Of a stretch of DNA of 63,395 nucleotides, positions 39,950 to 52,185 are shown in pieces. Made by a program: the position numbers and the translations under genes. The stretch lies in assembly GCF_036971445.1 (NCBI RefSeq), contig NC_091469.1, positions 292,082,001 through 292,145,395 of the forward strand, read 5' to 3'. Numbering within the stretch: position 1 is the first letter of the stretch; the number at the start of each line of letters is the position of its first letter. The stretch comes from Narcine bancroftii (Eukaryota). Below the pieces are notes generated by a model that did not search any database, was not told where the DNA came from, and saw nothing but the letters and a program-made list of their open reading frames with translations.

Positions 39950-40874
39950 AACGACGGTGCACTGTTGTAGATGTCAACCAGAGGACTAAGGACAATATGG
40001 GTATGGGCCCTCCCTAGTCCCTCACTGCCTGTAGACAGGTGCAGATCTAGTAGTAGCCGATGGTTGGTTGGAACTGTTGAAGGTATCAGGAGAATTAGCA
40101 GGGAAGGGGAGGCTCTGTGGTAGCAATGCCTCTGACACCTGCATCTGCAGTAGGGCCAGGGATGCACAGACAGTTGGTAATATCAGCCCGATTCTGGAGT
40201 CCATCACGAGACTCTTATAATTTCTCCCATTCCCTCCCTTCCTGCCATCAGCAACCTCAACATCTTGGAGGGTGCAAGTGGAGGAGGCACTTTGCCTGAG
40301 ATAGAGTGTGACATCCATTACTCCAACATTCCAATTACTATTTTTTTTAAAAAAGCAGAAACTGCTGCAGAACTTAGCAGATCAGGCAAAGAAAGGGGTC
40401 ACATTTTCAGCTCCAAGACCCAAAGTCACACATCGGTCTCAGGAGCAGAGGTGGGAGAGATGATGGGATTGGATGACATGACATAGAACTGAATGTAAGG
40501 TTAAGCCTTTGTCTGTGTAATGTTCAGCCAGCTGGGAAGCAAGGAATGGCAAGATCCAATCATACTAAGTGATGTTGCCGGAGTTGGAGAAGTCAACACT
40601 GAGACTTCAGGCTCTAACCCGCTTTTGCCTCGCTGTGAGAGTCTGGCAGCCGACAAACCTGGTCCAGGGTGGGAAATGAAAGTGCCAGCAAAAGGAAGCG
40701 AAGGGTCACTGCTGCAGACTGAATGGTGATGCTGCATGAAGCCAGTGGCAAGGAGATGCATGGTGAACTCCCCTCCCCCTGTTGCCCCCTCCCCTTCTAG
40801 TTCCACACCCTTGCAGCACCTGCAGTCCCTGAGTGAGAATTTATAGCTTAAATGTACATTGATTTGAAGCCTTT

Positions 40875-40880
40875 AATAAA
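40875..40880 (+). terminator. Candidate RIC8A polyadenylation signal AATAAA
   Basis: First AATAAA noticed downstream of the RIC8A stop, followed by T/GT-rich sequence. A second AATAAA is at 41002-41007. Confidence 0.6.
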
Positions 40881-41139
40881 ATGATTTTGCTTCAAACATT
40901 TTTGTGAGCATTGCCTCTCACCTGTCAGTTAGATGGTGAATCTTCAACATTATCCTGATTCTTCAACTGTGGAAACAAAACACCAGGTGTTCAGGCTGGA
41001 GAATAAAGCTCATCCTGACCTACAGCGTCCTTCCATGTTCCTTCTGTCTGAAGGCCACACAGAGGTGAGGCAGATGAGGTTAGGGAATCAAATTATATTC
41101 GGGGAGGCAGAAGTTCAGCAAAGTGAGAAGAAAGACCCA

Positions 41140-41145
41140 TTTATT
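41140..41145 (-). terminator. Candidate SIRT3 polyadenylation signal AATAAA (minus strand)
   Basis: TTTATT on the plus strand, about 1.1 kb downstream of the candidate SIRT3 stop, converging on the RIC8A 3' end. Confidence 0.45.
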
Positions 41146-42226
41146 TCAATGCAAGAGGCACAACAAGTGAACTCTGGGTGTGGAGTAGTTTGAAATATTA
41201 TAGCTATAATATCTCGTTATTCCAGTGTACAGATGGGTGGGGGGGGGGGGGGTGATGGAAGAAATTATGACCGTACTTAAGGTGGGTTTTCTTGGGAGAT
41301 CACCCAATGTAGAATGAAGAAGATTTTCATTTTGATGGGGCTGTATTACAGGACTCCAGGTATTCACCAGGAATTGGAAGAGCAGATACGTAGGGAACTT
41401 GTAGATAGCTGTAAGAATGATAGAGCAGTAATACTGGAAGGCTTAACATCCTGAATATTGAGAGGGGCACCCATCGTACAAAGGACAGAATGGAATTTGT
41501 GTGTCAAAAGAGCTTCCTCACTTGATGTATTGAGGGCCCTACCAGAGAAGAACATGGACCTTGAGGAATGAGGTCCAGTGACCATCACTTTCAAATAGTT
41601 ACGGAGAAAGACCCTCAGGTGAAGTGGCAGAAATTTGTGCAATTATTTAAAAAGGGCAACAAGACCAGGTAGGCAACTACAATCCGGAGTTTTGACGTCA
41701 GTGGTTTGAAATTGCTGGGGTGGGGAGATTCTGAGGGACGACCTACCAGCATTCGGAAAGTCTGGCACTGAGGGGTGTGTGTGTTCTTTTGCATCACTGG
41801 AAGACGAGAATGCAGTCATGATACTTGCCCCTAGCTATCACAGTTGGAAAATGCTCTAAGGCAGTGGTGGGGAGCAATGACACCCCGCCCATTACAGCGA
41901 GTGTGAAAATGGAAGAGAAATCCATGATGTATCTACAAACACAAGGCAGTGGGTCTAGTCACGAGTTGAGTCGAGTCACGGATTCACCAGCCGTTTGTCA
42001 CTTCAGCAACTTGGTTGAGACTGTTTCATAGAGTATGCAAGGATGCAGCCCATCATTTTGGGCTTGATAGGGTTGCTCCTCAGGTTCTGGCTGCATTTCA
42101 GCCCCATGCTCCTGATCTTTGGGCACCCGGTACAGAGGAGGGAGGGTCAGTTGAGGGTTGTCCTCATTGAGGTACTAGGACTGGCTGAGATGTCCATCCA
42201 TGAGTCCAGGTAGCAAGCTTGAGGGT

Positions 42227-42283
42227 TCAGCTCAGGCTGACTACCTGCCCCTCTTCTGAGGACACCTGTGTGGCCGTGTATCC
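42227..42283 (-). CDS. SIRT3: SIRT3 candidate terminal coding exon (GYTATQVSSEEGQVVSLS*)
   Basis: Acceptor ccccttctccag| and a phase-0 open frame to TGA. Vertebrate SIRT3 ends in a short, poorly conserved exon, so there is no homology support. Confidence 0.45.
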   Translation of the reverse strand, partial: GYTATQVSSEEGQVVSLS

Positions 42284-42528
42284 CTGGAGAAGGGGCACTC
42301 GGTGCTCTCTGGCAGTTGAGAGGGTCTCCAGGAATGGTCGTCTCCCCAAGGGTTTGACTGTATCGACGGGGATAATCATGTTTCATTTGTAACTTATGTT
42401 TTGTGTGAATTGTGGACATTTCCAGTACTTGTAACTTTTAGACAATAATAAAGGGGTGGGATTGATTTACTGATGGAAAGGAACAGTATTGAGCGAGGGT
42501 CACACTGACTGGACCTTGGATATTTTAC

Positions 42529-42741
42529 CTTACTGTGTTCCCTTGTGAGCAATTCATTGGTTTCTTTGTACCAGCCCAGCATGTCTGAGAATCTCTGGAC
42601 TCCTTTGAGCACATCTCCAAGTTCCACAACATCACTGGTCCTCAGTGGGTTTTGATTGAGTGATCCCACTAGTTTCTGGTTGATGAGGATGCGAGGAACC
42701 GAATTTCTTACCATCTCGGACAAACTGGCAAACGGTTCCAC
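42529..42741 (-). CDS. SIRT3: SIRT3 exon (VEPFASL...REHSK)
   Basis: tttcag|VEPFASLSEMVRNSVPRILINQKLVG...VELGDVLKGVQRFSDMLGW...EHSK|gtaaaa; 213 nt. Confidence 0.92.
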
Positions 42742-43498
42742 CTGAAACGATGGGACTGGTGTGAGTGTCTCTGAGAATTCGGCTCCCCATCCCAGAACCA
42801 GAGCTCCCAGTGCCTTGCAAACTGGCTTCCTGAACTGGGACCCTCCTGTCCCGTTTCGTACCCCACTGGGGTCTGGGTGAAAGGGCAGGGGTAACTGGGC
42901 AGGAGATCAGATGGTGAATCCCCATGTGCTTTTGGTTCATCAACAAAGCTGAGTCAAGTGGTCTGGTCCCTTTCTTCACCCAAGTCGCTAATTGGTCAGT
43001 GCGGTCCCACTCTAATCCCTGTGGCATTGACAATATCACAGCTCCCTAACTGAGAACAAACCATGTCCAGCCACCATTGTCTGTGGCGTGACCCATCCTC
43101 GGCACAAACTATTCATGTGGCATTGCAATTAATTTCCTTGGATGTCAGCTCATTACCACATGGTAATGGACCTTTACAGCCTACAACTCCTGTATATTTT
43201 GAAGGGTGGAGGAATCGGGAAAACCCATCCAGACATGGGGAGAATGTACAAACTCTGAAAGACAGTCTTCTTCCTTTACTCACCCAACCAGTTGCATACT
43301 CAAAAAGCTAATGGTCAAATGTATTTTCCTTCCATAAAATCATACGCTTCATCACAGAGTGGTACAGCACAGAGAGGTCCATCAACCCATCACAAACGTA
43401 CTGACCCTTTTGCCCACATTGGGTTCAAATTGTGTCTGAACATCAGGTCAGAGGTTGGATGAGAAAAGGTTTACGTCAGGAGTCAGGCGGAGTCTCAC

Positions 43499-43660
43499 CG
43501 TAAGTGAAGTACCCAAGATGATCAGCAGATCCGCAAGTGGGAAGTCGATGAGGCTTTGGTGGAAAGTCCATGGCAGTTGTTCACCAAAGAAGACAATGTC
43601 GGGCTTAATAACTCCAGAACAGGAGGAGCAGTACGGAATCCTTCCCTCCATAACATCCCC
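43499..43660 (-). CDS. SIRT3: SIRT3 exon (second Cxx[14 protein letters not shown])
   Basis: ctacag|[30 protein letters not shown]...[12 protein letters not shown]|gtgaga; 162 nt. Confidence 0.96.
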
Positions 43661-43947
43661 CTGTAGAGGTACAGGAAACAAGGAGTGAGCAACAGAATCA
43701 CACACAATGACTTGCTGCCACTTCCCCTGTCAAATCCCCTCCATCTCCCTGAGAACCCCTCGTCTCTATCTCTCCCCATCCCTTCCCCACCCTCTCCTCT
43801 CCACCCCTCCTCTCCCCAAACCTTTCCACACTCTTTCACCCCACCTGTCCCTTTCCCCCTCCCCATGCCTACACCCGTCTCTCTCTCTCTCCCCCTCCCC
43901 TCAGCAGTCCTGCTCACAGTCCACAGCCGGCTCCTCCATCTCTTTAC

Positions 43948-44048
43948 CTGCAGCTGGTCCCAGGTAAAGGTCCCATGGCACACCATGCAGGTAGCCGTGG
44001 CAAAGGTTCCGTGAGCTTCCACCAGCTTCTCTGCTGGAATTCCAGCCT
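43948..44048 (-). CDS. SIRT3: SIRT3 exon (catalytic His in EAHG, first CxxC)
   Basis: tttcag|AG+AGIPAEKLVEAHGTFATATCMVCHGTFTWDQLQ|gtaaag; 101 nt. Confidence 0.96.
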
Positions 44049-44314
44049 CTGAAATAAAGGGTAGGACAATAAACCTCCAATCCCATCACTGATTGGGCAA
44101 TAAACCTCCAACCCCATCACTGATTTGGCAATAAACCCCCATCAGACAATAAACACCTGTCCCCTTCCCTACATTTGGGCATTGGACAGATCTCCCTGCC
44201 TCATCAAGTCCACCAATTGGACAGTGACCGAAGTGACCACAAGCAGAGGGTGAATAGATGGGTGAATGGGCAGGGGTCAGAATGAAGACAGGATCACACC
44301 TTAAACAGATGGGG

Positions 44315-44540
44315 TTAGAGAGCAACCTCCTTTGAAGAAGACCGCAGAGCCCACTGACAAAAGGCAAAGGAGGAAAAACCCAACACCCAACCCCAACCCA
44401 CCAATTTTCCCCTGCAGCCGCTGCAACCGTGTCTGCCTGTCCCGCATCGGACTTGTCAGCCACAAGCGAGCCTTCAGCTGACGTGGACTTTTACCCCCTC
44501 CATAAATCTTCGTCCGCGAAGCCAAGCCAAAGAAGAAGAG
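44315..44540 (+). mobile_element. RTE-clade LINE 3' end
   Basis: Encodes KRQRRKNPTPNPNPPIFPCSRCNRVCLSRIGLVSHKRAFS* (RTE C-terminal zinc-knuckle type), then a short 3'UTR ending GCGAAGCCAAGCCAAAGAAGAAG. Confidence 0.75.
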
Positions 44541-45571
44541 AGAGTAAGTGGACAGGATGAGAGGGTGAATAGATGAATTGGATGGGGGAAGAGCAGGAGT
44601 CAGCAAAATCTTGGGAATAAATGAATTCCTCGGGAAAATCCTCGCCAAGTCTCGGTTTGAGGTAGAGCAAGTGAGAACTTTATTCCTTGGAGCGGAGGAG
44701 GATGAGGGGGTGATCTCGTAGAGGTGTACAAAATAATGAGAGGAATAGATCAGGTGAACACAGAGAGTCTTTTGCCCAGAGCAGGGGAATCGGTAGCCAG
44801 AGGACATGGGTTTCAGGTGAGGGGGGAGAGGTTTAACACAAAAGATGGTGGGCATATTGGAATGGGCTGCCAGAGGAGGTGCTTGAAGTAAGTATTATTG
44901 AAACGTTTATGAAACATTTATCCGGATACATGGAGAGAATGGATTTAGAGGGATATGGGTCAAACGTGGGCAGGTGGGACGTGTGTGGATGGGACAGTTT
45001 GCTCAGTATGGGCAAGTTGGGCGGAAGGCCCTGTTTCCACACTGTGTGACTCTAACTGGAAAGAGACAAGGGTCTCTGGGGTCAGAACCAGTGGTGGAGA
45101 TTGGACAGTACAGAGGGTAATGGGCCTAACTAGCAGTTCCTGTATGACTCCGGGTGGACGAGAAACCTCTGCTTGCTCCACCCGATCACCACTGATCTCC
45201 ACCATGGAAATCAACCACAGCTGAAGTGGTAACTCTGCTTACCCCTGCCGTGTCTGACCTCAGGACCAGAGCTGGGTGAGGTGACCCGAAACAAATGATG
45301 GGAGTGGGAGGGGAGAGCTTACTGACCATCAGATCGAAATGGGGGGGGGGGTAACTGACCTCTCGACCGCAGGATGGGCATCAAGTGAGAGAGAGGGGAT
45401 GAGAGGTAAAAGTACAAGACAGTGAGAGTGAAAGATGGAATGAGAGAGAAAAAAGAGGAACATTGGAGCAGGGCCTTTGCATGTTTCTCCCCTGATATTC
45501 TGTCTGACTAGCTCAGTATTTCCAGTGCATCTGACCTTGCTGTGTTCCAGTCCTCACACCTCACTGCTTAC

Positions 45572-45804
45572 TGCGTTCCAGTCCATCGATGTTCTGAGTG
45601 TAGATTCGCAGCAACAGCCCTTTCTGGTGCAGAAGCCTGATGAAGTAGTGAGTATAATTGGGTCTGCAGTGTCCAGGGTACAGCTGTTTAGCCAGAGCAA
45701 AAAATGGCCTTGGATTGTGCGCAAAGTAATTGATGTCAAAGATGGCTTCAGGGTAAGGCACGTCATACTGCTGGAGGTTATCGTACAGTCCACTGTCTGC
45801 TGAC
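45572..45804 (-). CDS. SIRT3: SIRT3 exon (SGLY...TQNIDGLER)
   Basis: tggcag|G+[27 protein letters not shown]...[10 protein letters not shown]+A|gtaagc; 233 nt. Confidence 0.96.
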
Positions 45805-48797
45805 CTGCCAACAAACAGCAGAATTATATCTGTGAATACCCCACCACCAGCAGGACACCACCAACCCCACCTTCTACACCTCACATCAACAGGCTATCTG
45901 TGTGGGGGGGGGGTGGGGGAAAGGTGCTCACGCTGTCCTTCCTGGAGACATGCATGGACTGGAACCTCCAAGGAGGGTGGACGGAATAAACATCAGTCGT
46001 GGAATTCTCTGCCCATGGAAGTAGTCGAGGCAGAGTTGATCAGTTTAAGATGACTGGAGGAAAGTTTAGGGGAGATATTAGAGGTAGGATTTATTTTATA
46101 CTGTAGGAACTGGGAATGCATTGCAGTGCAGAATGGTACAATTCAAAAGGCTCTTAGATAGATAGACATGTTATGGGCGTGAAGTAGGGGAAATTAGATT
46201 GTGGAGTAGGTTTACCTGGATCGGCACAACATTGAGGTCTGAAGGGCCTGTTCTGTGCTCTAGTGTTTTAAGTTCTATCTGAGGCTCACAAAGTCATGCT
46301 GACTATCCCTGAGAAGACCATGCAAAATACAAACGTGCTGGTGAAACTCAGCAAGTCATGCAGCATCTGTAGAAAGTAAAGGGTAACCAATGTTTTAGCC
46401 CTGAACTTTTCATCGAGGGTGAAAGGGCTCAAAAACACCCAAGAAACAGGTAGGCACCTGAATAAAAAGGTGGGGGTGGGGTTGGGGGAGAAGATGAGGA
46501 GAGATGGGGGGGAGGGGGAAAGTCTCCTTTTTCCCATCCCTTTGTCTCCTTTCCTCCAGCTCCTACCCCCTTCCCTTCCCTCTCTGACCAGAGAGCCACC
46601 CTCCTCCATCACCTCAGTTTATTTTCTCTTCAATGGATGGTTGATGTTTCCTGCACAGTCAGTTTTAAAGTTGTGAAACAGGCCCTTTGGCCCAACTTGT
46701 CCATGCTAGCCAAGAAGTCTACTTGAGTTAGTCAGTGCTGACTTTTAAAAGCATAACATTTCTCATCCAGGTACCTGTCTAAATGTGAATATTGGAATTG
46801 CACTACCTCTTCCACTTCCTTGGGCAGCCCATTCCACATACCCACTACTCTCTAGAGAAAGTTCCCCACATTGTCATCATGAAGCAAGAACAAGGGCTTT
46901 TTTCTTTGGAGCAATGAGAGGCATATCGATTATGAGGGGCTTGGACAGCCAGCAGTTTTTTTCCAGGGGCGACAATAGCAAATACCACAGTAGATCTGTT
47001 TAAGGTGAGTGGAGGAAAGTTTAGAGAGATGTCAGGGGTAAGTTTTTTTTACACAGAGTGATGGCTGCATGGAATGCATTCCTGGAAACGGTGGTGAAGG
47101 CTGGAACAATAGGGACATTTAACAGACTCTTAAATAGGCACATGGATGTAAGAAAAAACACAGTGTGTGAGTTGGGAAGGATTAGATTGTTGTAGAGTAC
47201 GTTGACATGGTTTAACACAACATTGTGGCTAAAAGGCCTGTACCGTGTTGTTATGTTCTCATTACCTTTTTCAAATCACTACATAATCTCCTTAAATCTA
47301 TGTCTTCTCATTTTCGACTCTCCTACCTTGGGAAAGAGACTATGCAATACACAAATGTGCTAGAGAAACTCAGCAGGTCACAAAGCATTCATAGGAAGTA
47401 AGGGGTCCTTTGCCAGAAAGACCTTGCCTATGACCCTTGCGATTTTACAAACATCTAAGGTCCCTCCCTTCTGCTCCAGGGAAAAAGGTCCCAGCCTCTC
47501 CTTGCAACTCAAACCCTCCAGTCCCAGTAATGTCCTTGAGTCTGTTCTGCACCCTTTCTGGATTAATACCATTAGCATAGCTGGGTGACCAGATCTACAG
47601 GCAATACACTACGGTTTTAACAATGTCCCTTGTACAGTTCTGAAGTCCCTGAAGTTTCAACTCCTATAATCCCTGTCCTGCCTGATGAAGGCACATGTGC
47701 TAAATGCTGCCTTCACTACCCTGTGTTGCCACTTGCATAGATTAGCTATTTATTTCACTCAGTTTCTTGGACTGAGTGTGGAGGGCAGATGGGCTGCCAG
47801 GTGAAACTGAAGGTGAGGGGTATGCTGATGTAATGACTGGTGTGAATTGCCACAATCTCTGAGGATGCTATAAACCTGTCTGATGAGTAGATCCAGGTAG
47901 ATTTTGTGTTATTCTAACTGCCCAAGGATACTGGGTATAATTTATTCAGTTGAACTGTGCTATTTGTGGCTCCCCTGTTTCTAACTCTTTCTTGCTACCC
48001 TATTACAAATGGTCACTACAGACCATCCTGCCAGGGTCATACAATAAAGCATCTTTCCCGCTATCCCATTGCCCACTTACAGGATCTGGTGCAGAGTGAA
48101 GCTCCCCCTATACTGCTCATTGCTCATTCCTGGCATGAGGGCAGCATGGATTAGACTAAGTTCTCTTAGAGTATTGTGTTTAGTTCTGGTCACCTCATTA
48201 AAGAAAGGATGAGTAAGCTGTGGAGAGTTTATCAAGATGGAAAATAAATCTTATGAGGCAAGGTTAGCAGAGCTGGGACTTTTCTCTTTGAAGCGAAGGA
48301 TGAGAGGAGACGTAATAGATAGGAGTAGTCAGCCAGCACCTTTTTCCCAGGGTAGGAATAGCAAACACCAGAGGTCGTGTACAAAGTGAAATGAGGAAAG
48401 TTTAGGGGAGACGTCAAGGGTAGGTTTTTTTTAAAAAGCAGAATTGTGGGTGCCTGGAATGTCTTGCCATGGGTAGTGGTGCAGACTGAAACATTAGGGG
48501 TATTTAAGAGACTCTTATGCACATGGATGGAAGAAAAATAGAGGGTTACGGGGGTAGGGAGGGTTTAGTACTTTTTTTATATAAAGAATACATGGATAGC
48601 ATCACATTGAGGGCCAAAGGGCCAGTACTGTGCTGTAGTGTTCTGTTTTCTCTGTCCTGTCCTATCGTATATGACCAAGGAGGTAGAAGCTCTCAGCCCC
48701 TGCAGCTTAGGCGTACAGTTTCATCAGTGAATATCCCAATCAGTCATGTGTATCCCTCCCACCAGTGTGAACAGTTGTTTTGTTTAGTGTCCTTTAC

Positions 48798-48980
48798 CTG
48801 AAGTCGGGGATCCCACTGGCTGTACTGATTCCTGCACCAGCCATCACCACAATGTGATCGCACTGCCCGTTCAGAATGAGCCTCACCACGTCCTGCAGTG
48901 ACTGCACCCTGTCTCTGCTCTTCCCACTGAAGACATACCGGGCTGGAGCAGGGAGCCACGGAGAATTCACACAGTGGTTT
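48798..48980 (-). CDS. SIRT3: SIRT3 exon ([17 protein letters not shown]-binding loop)
   Basis: ctacag|A+NHCVNSPW...[34 protein letters not shown]+AG|gtaaag; 183 nt. This frame is absent from the supplied ORF track. Confidence 0.93.
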
Positions 48981-50777
48981 CTGTAGTGGGAGAAAACATT
49001 CTCAAGTGAAATGCTCTCCCTGTGTCTATGTGGGTTTCCTCTGGGGGCTCCGGTTTCCTCCGTCTTTTCAAAAATGTACCAGGGTTTAGGTTAATGGGGT
49101 GTAAATTGGTCTGTTACAGTGCTGTATGTCTAAATTTTAAAAATTTTTTAAAAGTTAAAAATTTAAATTAAAAAAAAAAGACATGACTTTCCCCTCACAA
49201 AGCCACAGAGACTGTCCCTAGTCTGACTGTAACTTCCTGAATGTGTATAAATCCCATCCCTAAGCGTCCTTTCCAACAGGATCCCGACCAATGATGTGAG
49301 ACCCCCTGCATTATACTTTTCGCCTCATTCTTGAACAAAGTACATTAGTTCCTTTCCAGTCATCTGGGACCTCTCCTGTCACTAGTGAGAATGCACAGAT
49401 CTTTGTCAAGGCCCCGGCCATCTCCTCACTTGCCTCAGTCAAAAACAGGTGATGCATCCTATCAGGCCTGGGGACTTATCCATATAAATACTCCTCAAAA
49501 GATACACCACCACCTCTTTCTTGATCTCAAAATTCCCCAACACATGAGCTTTGTCCACATGATGATTCCTCTCATTGTCGTCCATGTCCTTCTCCAGCGC
49601 AATCAGATCTTCATGTGTCTAGTGACCAGAAGTACATATAATGCTCCAATGGCAGTCTGCCTGCATGTGTAACATAATACATATTCTATACACCTACCTA
49701 TTGTTCAAAGCCCTATCCAACTTGCTGCCATATTCAGGCAACTGAGGTTGAACCCCTAGGACTCTCTGTTCAACAAAGCACAGAAATGCTGGAGGAACCC
49801 AGCAGGTCTCGCAGTGTCCATAGGAGGTAAAGCGCTGTTTTGGGCCTGAGCCCTTCTTCAAAGTCTGGAATGTCAGTTATATCTTTTTACCTCCTGCGGA
49901 CACTGCAAAATCTGCTGAGTTCCTCCAGCATTTCTGTGCTTTTACTACAATCACAGCATCTGTAGACTTTCGTGTTTCACTCTGTTTATCAATATGCCAT
50001 TTACCTCATCTATCCTACCCCTACTTTCCAAAATGCATTACCTCACAGTTGTTGGGAAGAAACTCCACCTGCCAATACTGTCCAGCTTTCCATCTGATCT
50101 TTCTCTAGCTTCAGTCTAGTCTAGACAACCTACCGTTCTTCCCCATCCACAATTCCATCCACTTTTGTGCCATCTGCATCCTTCCTCCATTTAAATAAAG
50201 TCTTCCTGCAAAAGTTACCTTCTCTTTACCAACCAGACCTTCTCATTCCCCTCTCTCCTCTCAAGCTGATCCCTCTTGGACAAATCTAATTGTGAAGACA
50301 TACAGAGTCTGTTTGATCAGATCTTCTGAATTCTGCCATTACCTCAATAATGATCCTAACATCTGTCTAATAATTAATGTTGAGTGAACCAGACAATATT
50401 TTTTTGCCTACATGCTTCTTGAATAAGAATATCCTGTTGTACTTCCCTAGAAGCACTGAATTTCCTGAAGATTACAATTACTGCGCCCAATTATTTGAGG
50501 ATCACAGGGTCTGAGAATCATCGATCTTTAGCCCAATTAGTAACTCTCAAGTGTGGCTGATTTAATTTAATTTCTCTCCCATTTATTTTAAAGATTTGTC
50601 CTTTTATGAAAGGAGGTGCTGAAGGATGTGCAACAACTGGAGCTGGATGCACACAGTCTATGAAAGTGAGGAAAGGCATGTCAAGAGTTTATAAACAATG
50701 ATGCGAATGATCAGGAAGGTTGTTGAAAGTGTACAATGTACTGTGGGACACTCCGGCACCATGGAAATTCTACACAC

Positions 50778-50909
50778 CTGGAAGTTCTCTTTCCTGTCTG
50801 TCCATCAACTTGGAAATGCTGGAAGTGGCTGAAACGGTACTGCAACCGGGGAGAGACAAGGAGACGTGGCGCAGTGCAGAGAAATCGATGACACATTGCA
50901 AAGTGCATC
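50778..50909 (-). CDS. SIRT3: SIRT3 candidate N-terminal exon encoding a mitochondrial-presequence-like peptide
   Basis: Acceptor ctgtttgccccagtttgcag|G ATG...; MHFAMCHRFLCTAPRLLVSPRLQYRFSHFQHFQVDGQTGKRTS+AG|gtgtgt. Phase 2 matches the next exon; Arg/Leu/Ser-rich and nearly free of acidic residues. Confidence 0.65.
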
Positions 50910-51799
50910 CTGCAAACTGGGGCAAACAGAGGATTAATTTATCCAGGTTGCGGCTGTGACTTGGACGAATTTGCATTCATCCTGCTGAGACACAAGATCT
51001 CGAGTCCGAGTCTCACTTGGTTCACCACAATGCCATTCTGGCAGGGTGCACAACATGTTGGGGGTGGTGTAAATGCACCATGTTTCACAGCCAATGTTTA
51101 CTGTACTTTCCGCTGATCCTTCCCGTTTGGTAGAACTTGCCTTAACAGTTAGGGCTGCATGGTTATCACAACGCCATTACAGTGCCAGCAATCAGGGTTC
51201 AAATCTGGCGCTGTCTGTAAGGAGTTTGTACGTTCTCTCCCATGTCTGCATGGGTTTTCCCTGGGGGCTCCAGTTTATTTCCACCATTGAAAAAACGTAC
51301 CGGAAATTGGTGGTTAATTGGGCGGCCTGGGCTCGTGGGCCAGAAGGGCCTGTTACCATCTAAAAAAGTTTCCAGCCTGGAATAAACTCAGAGACATGCA
51401 GCTTCAGTTGAATTAGAGAAACTGAACTTTGGTCTCGAGCTGTGGCCACACTTGATGGACGCACATTCTGTGTTGACCAGTGCTTTGTAGGGGGACTGAA
51501 GGAATGACCTGGAGCAAATGAGAGGGAAAAGTCTAACTGAGATGGGGGGGGGGGGGGGTGCGGCAGTAGTTTTAAGGCTGAGATAAATTTTAAAACCATG
51601 AAATGTAATCATAGAAGCAGGTCATTTAACGGTCATCTGTCATCACTGGAACCTCCAGTTATCTAATTGATCAGAAATCCATCTATCTACAGCCCTCCAA
51701 TGTACGGCGTTTCAATCATTCACATTCCCTCTAAGCGAAGACTCAGTCCCTCAATCAGGTCTACACTTATTCTGAGGAACTGTACATTGGTTATGGACT

Positions 51800-52185
51800 C
51801 CCTGTGAGCTCCCTCAGTCCCACCCTTCCCAGAGTGGGGAGCTCCCTCAGTCCTGCCCCTCCCACAGTGGGGTGTTCCCTCAGTCCCGCCCCTCCCACAA
51901 TGGGGAGCTCCCTCAGTCATCCCCTTCATAGTGGGGAGGTCCCTTAGTCCCACCCCTCCCACCTTGGGGAACTCCCTTAGTCCCACCCCTCCTACACTGG
52001 GAATCTCTCTCACTACTGCCCCTCCCACAGTGGGGAGCTCCCTACTGCCCCTCCCACACTGGGGAGCTCCCTCACTACTGCCCCCTCCCACACTGGGGTG
52101 GTCCTTCTCTACTGTCCCTTCCACACTGGGGAGTTCCCTCACTACTGCCCCTCCCATATTGCAGCGCACCCTCATCACTGACCCA
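51800..52185. repeat. About 34-bp minisatellite with an internal inverted repeat
   Basis: Unit ~CCCTCA(GTCC/CTAC)(C/T)GCCCCTCCCACA(G/C)TGGGGAGCT, about 11 degenerate copies. Confidence 0.85.
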
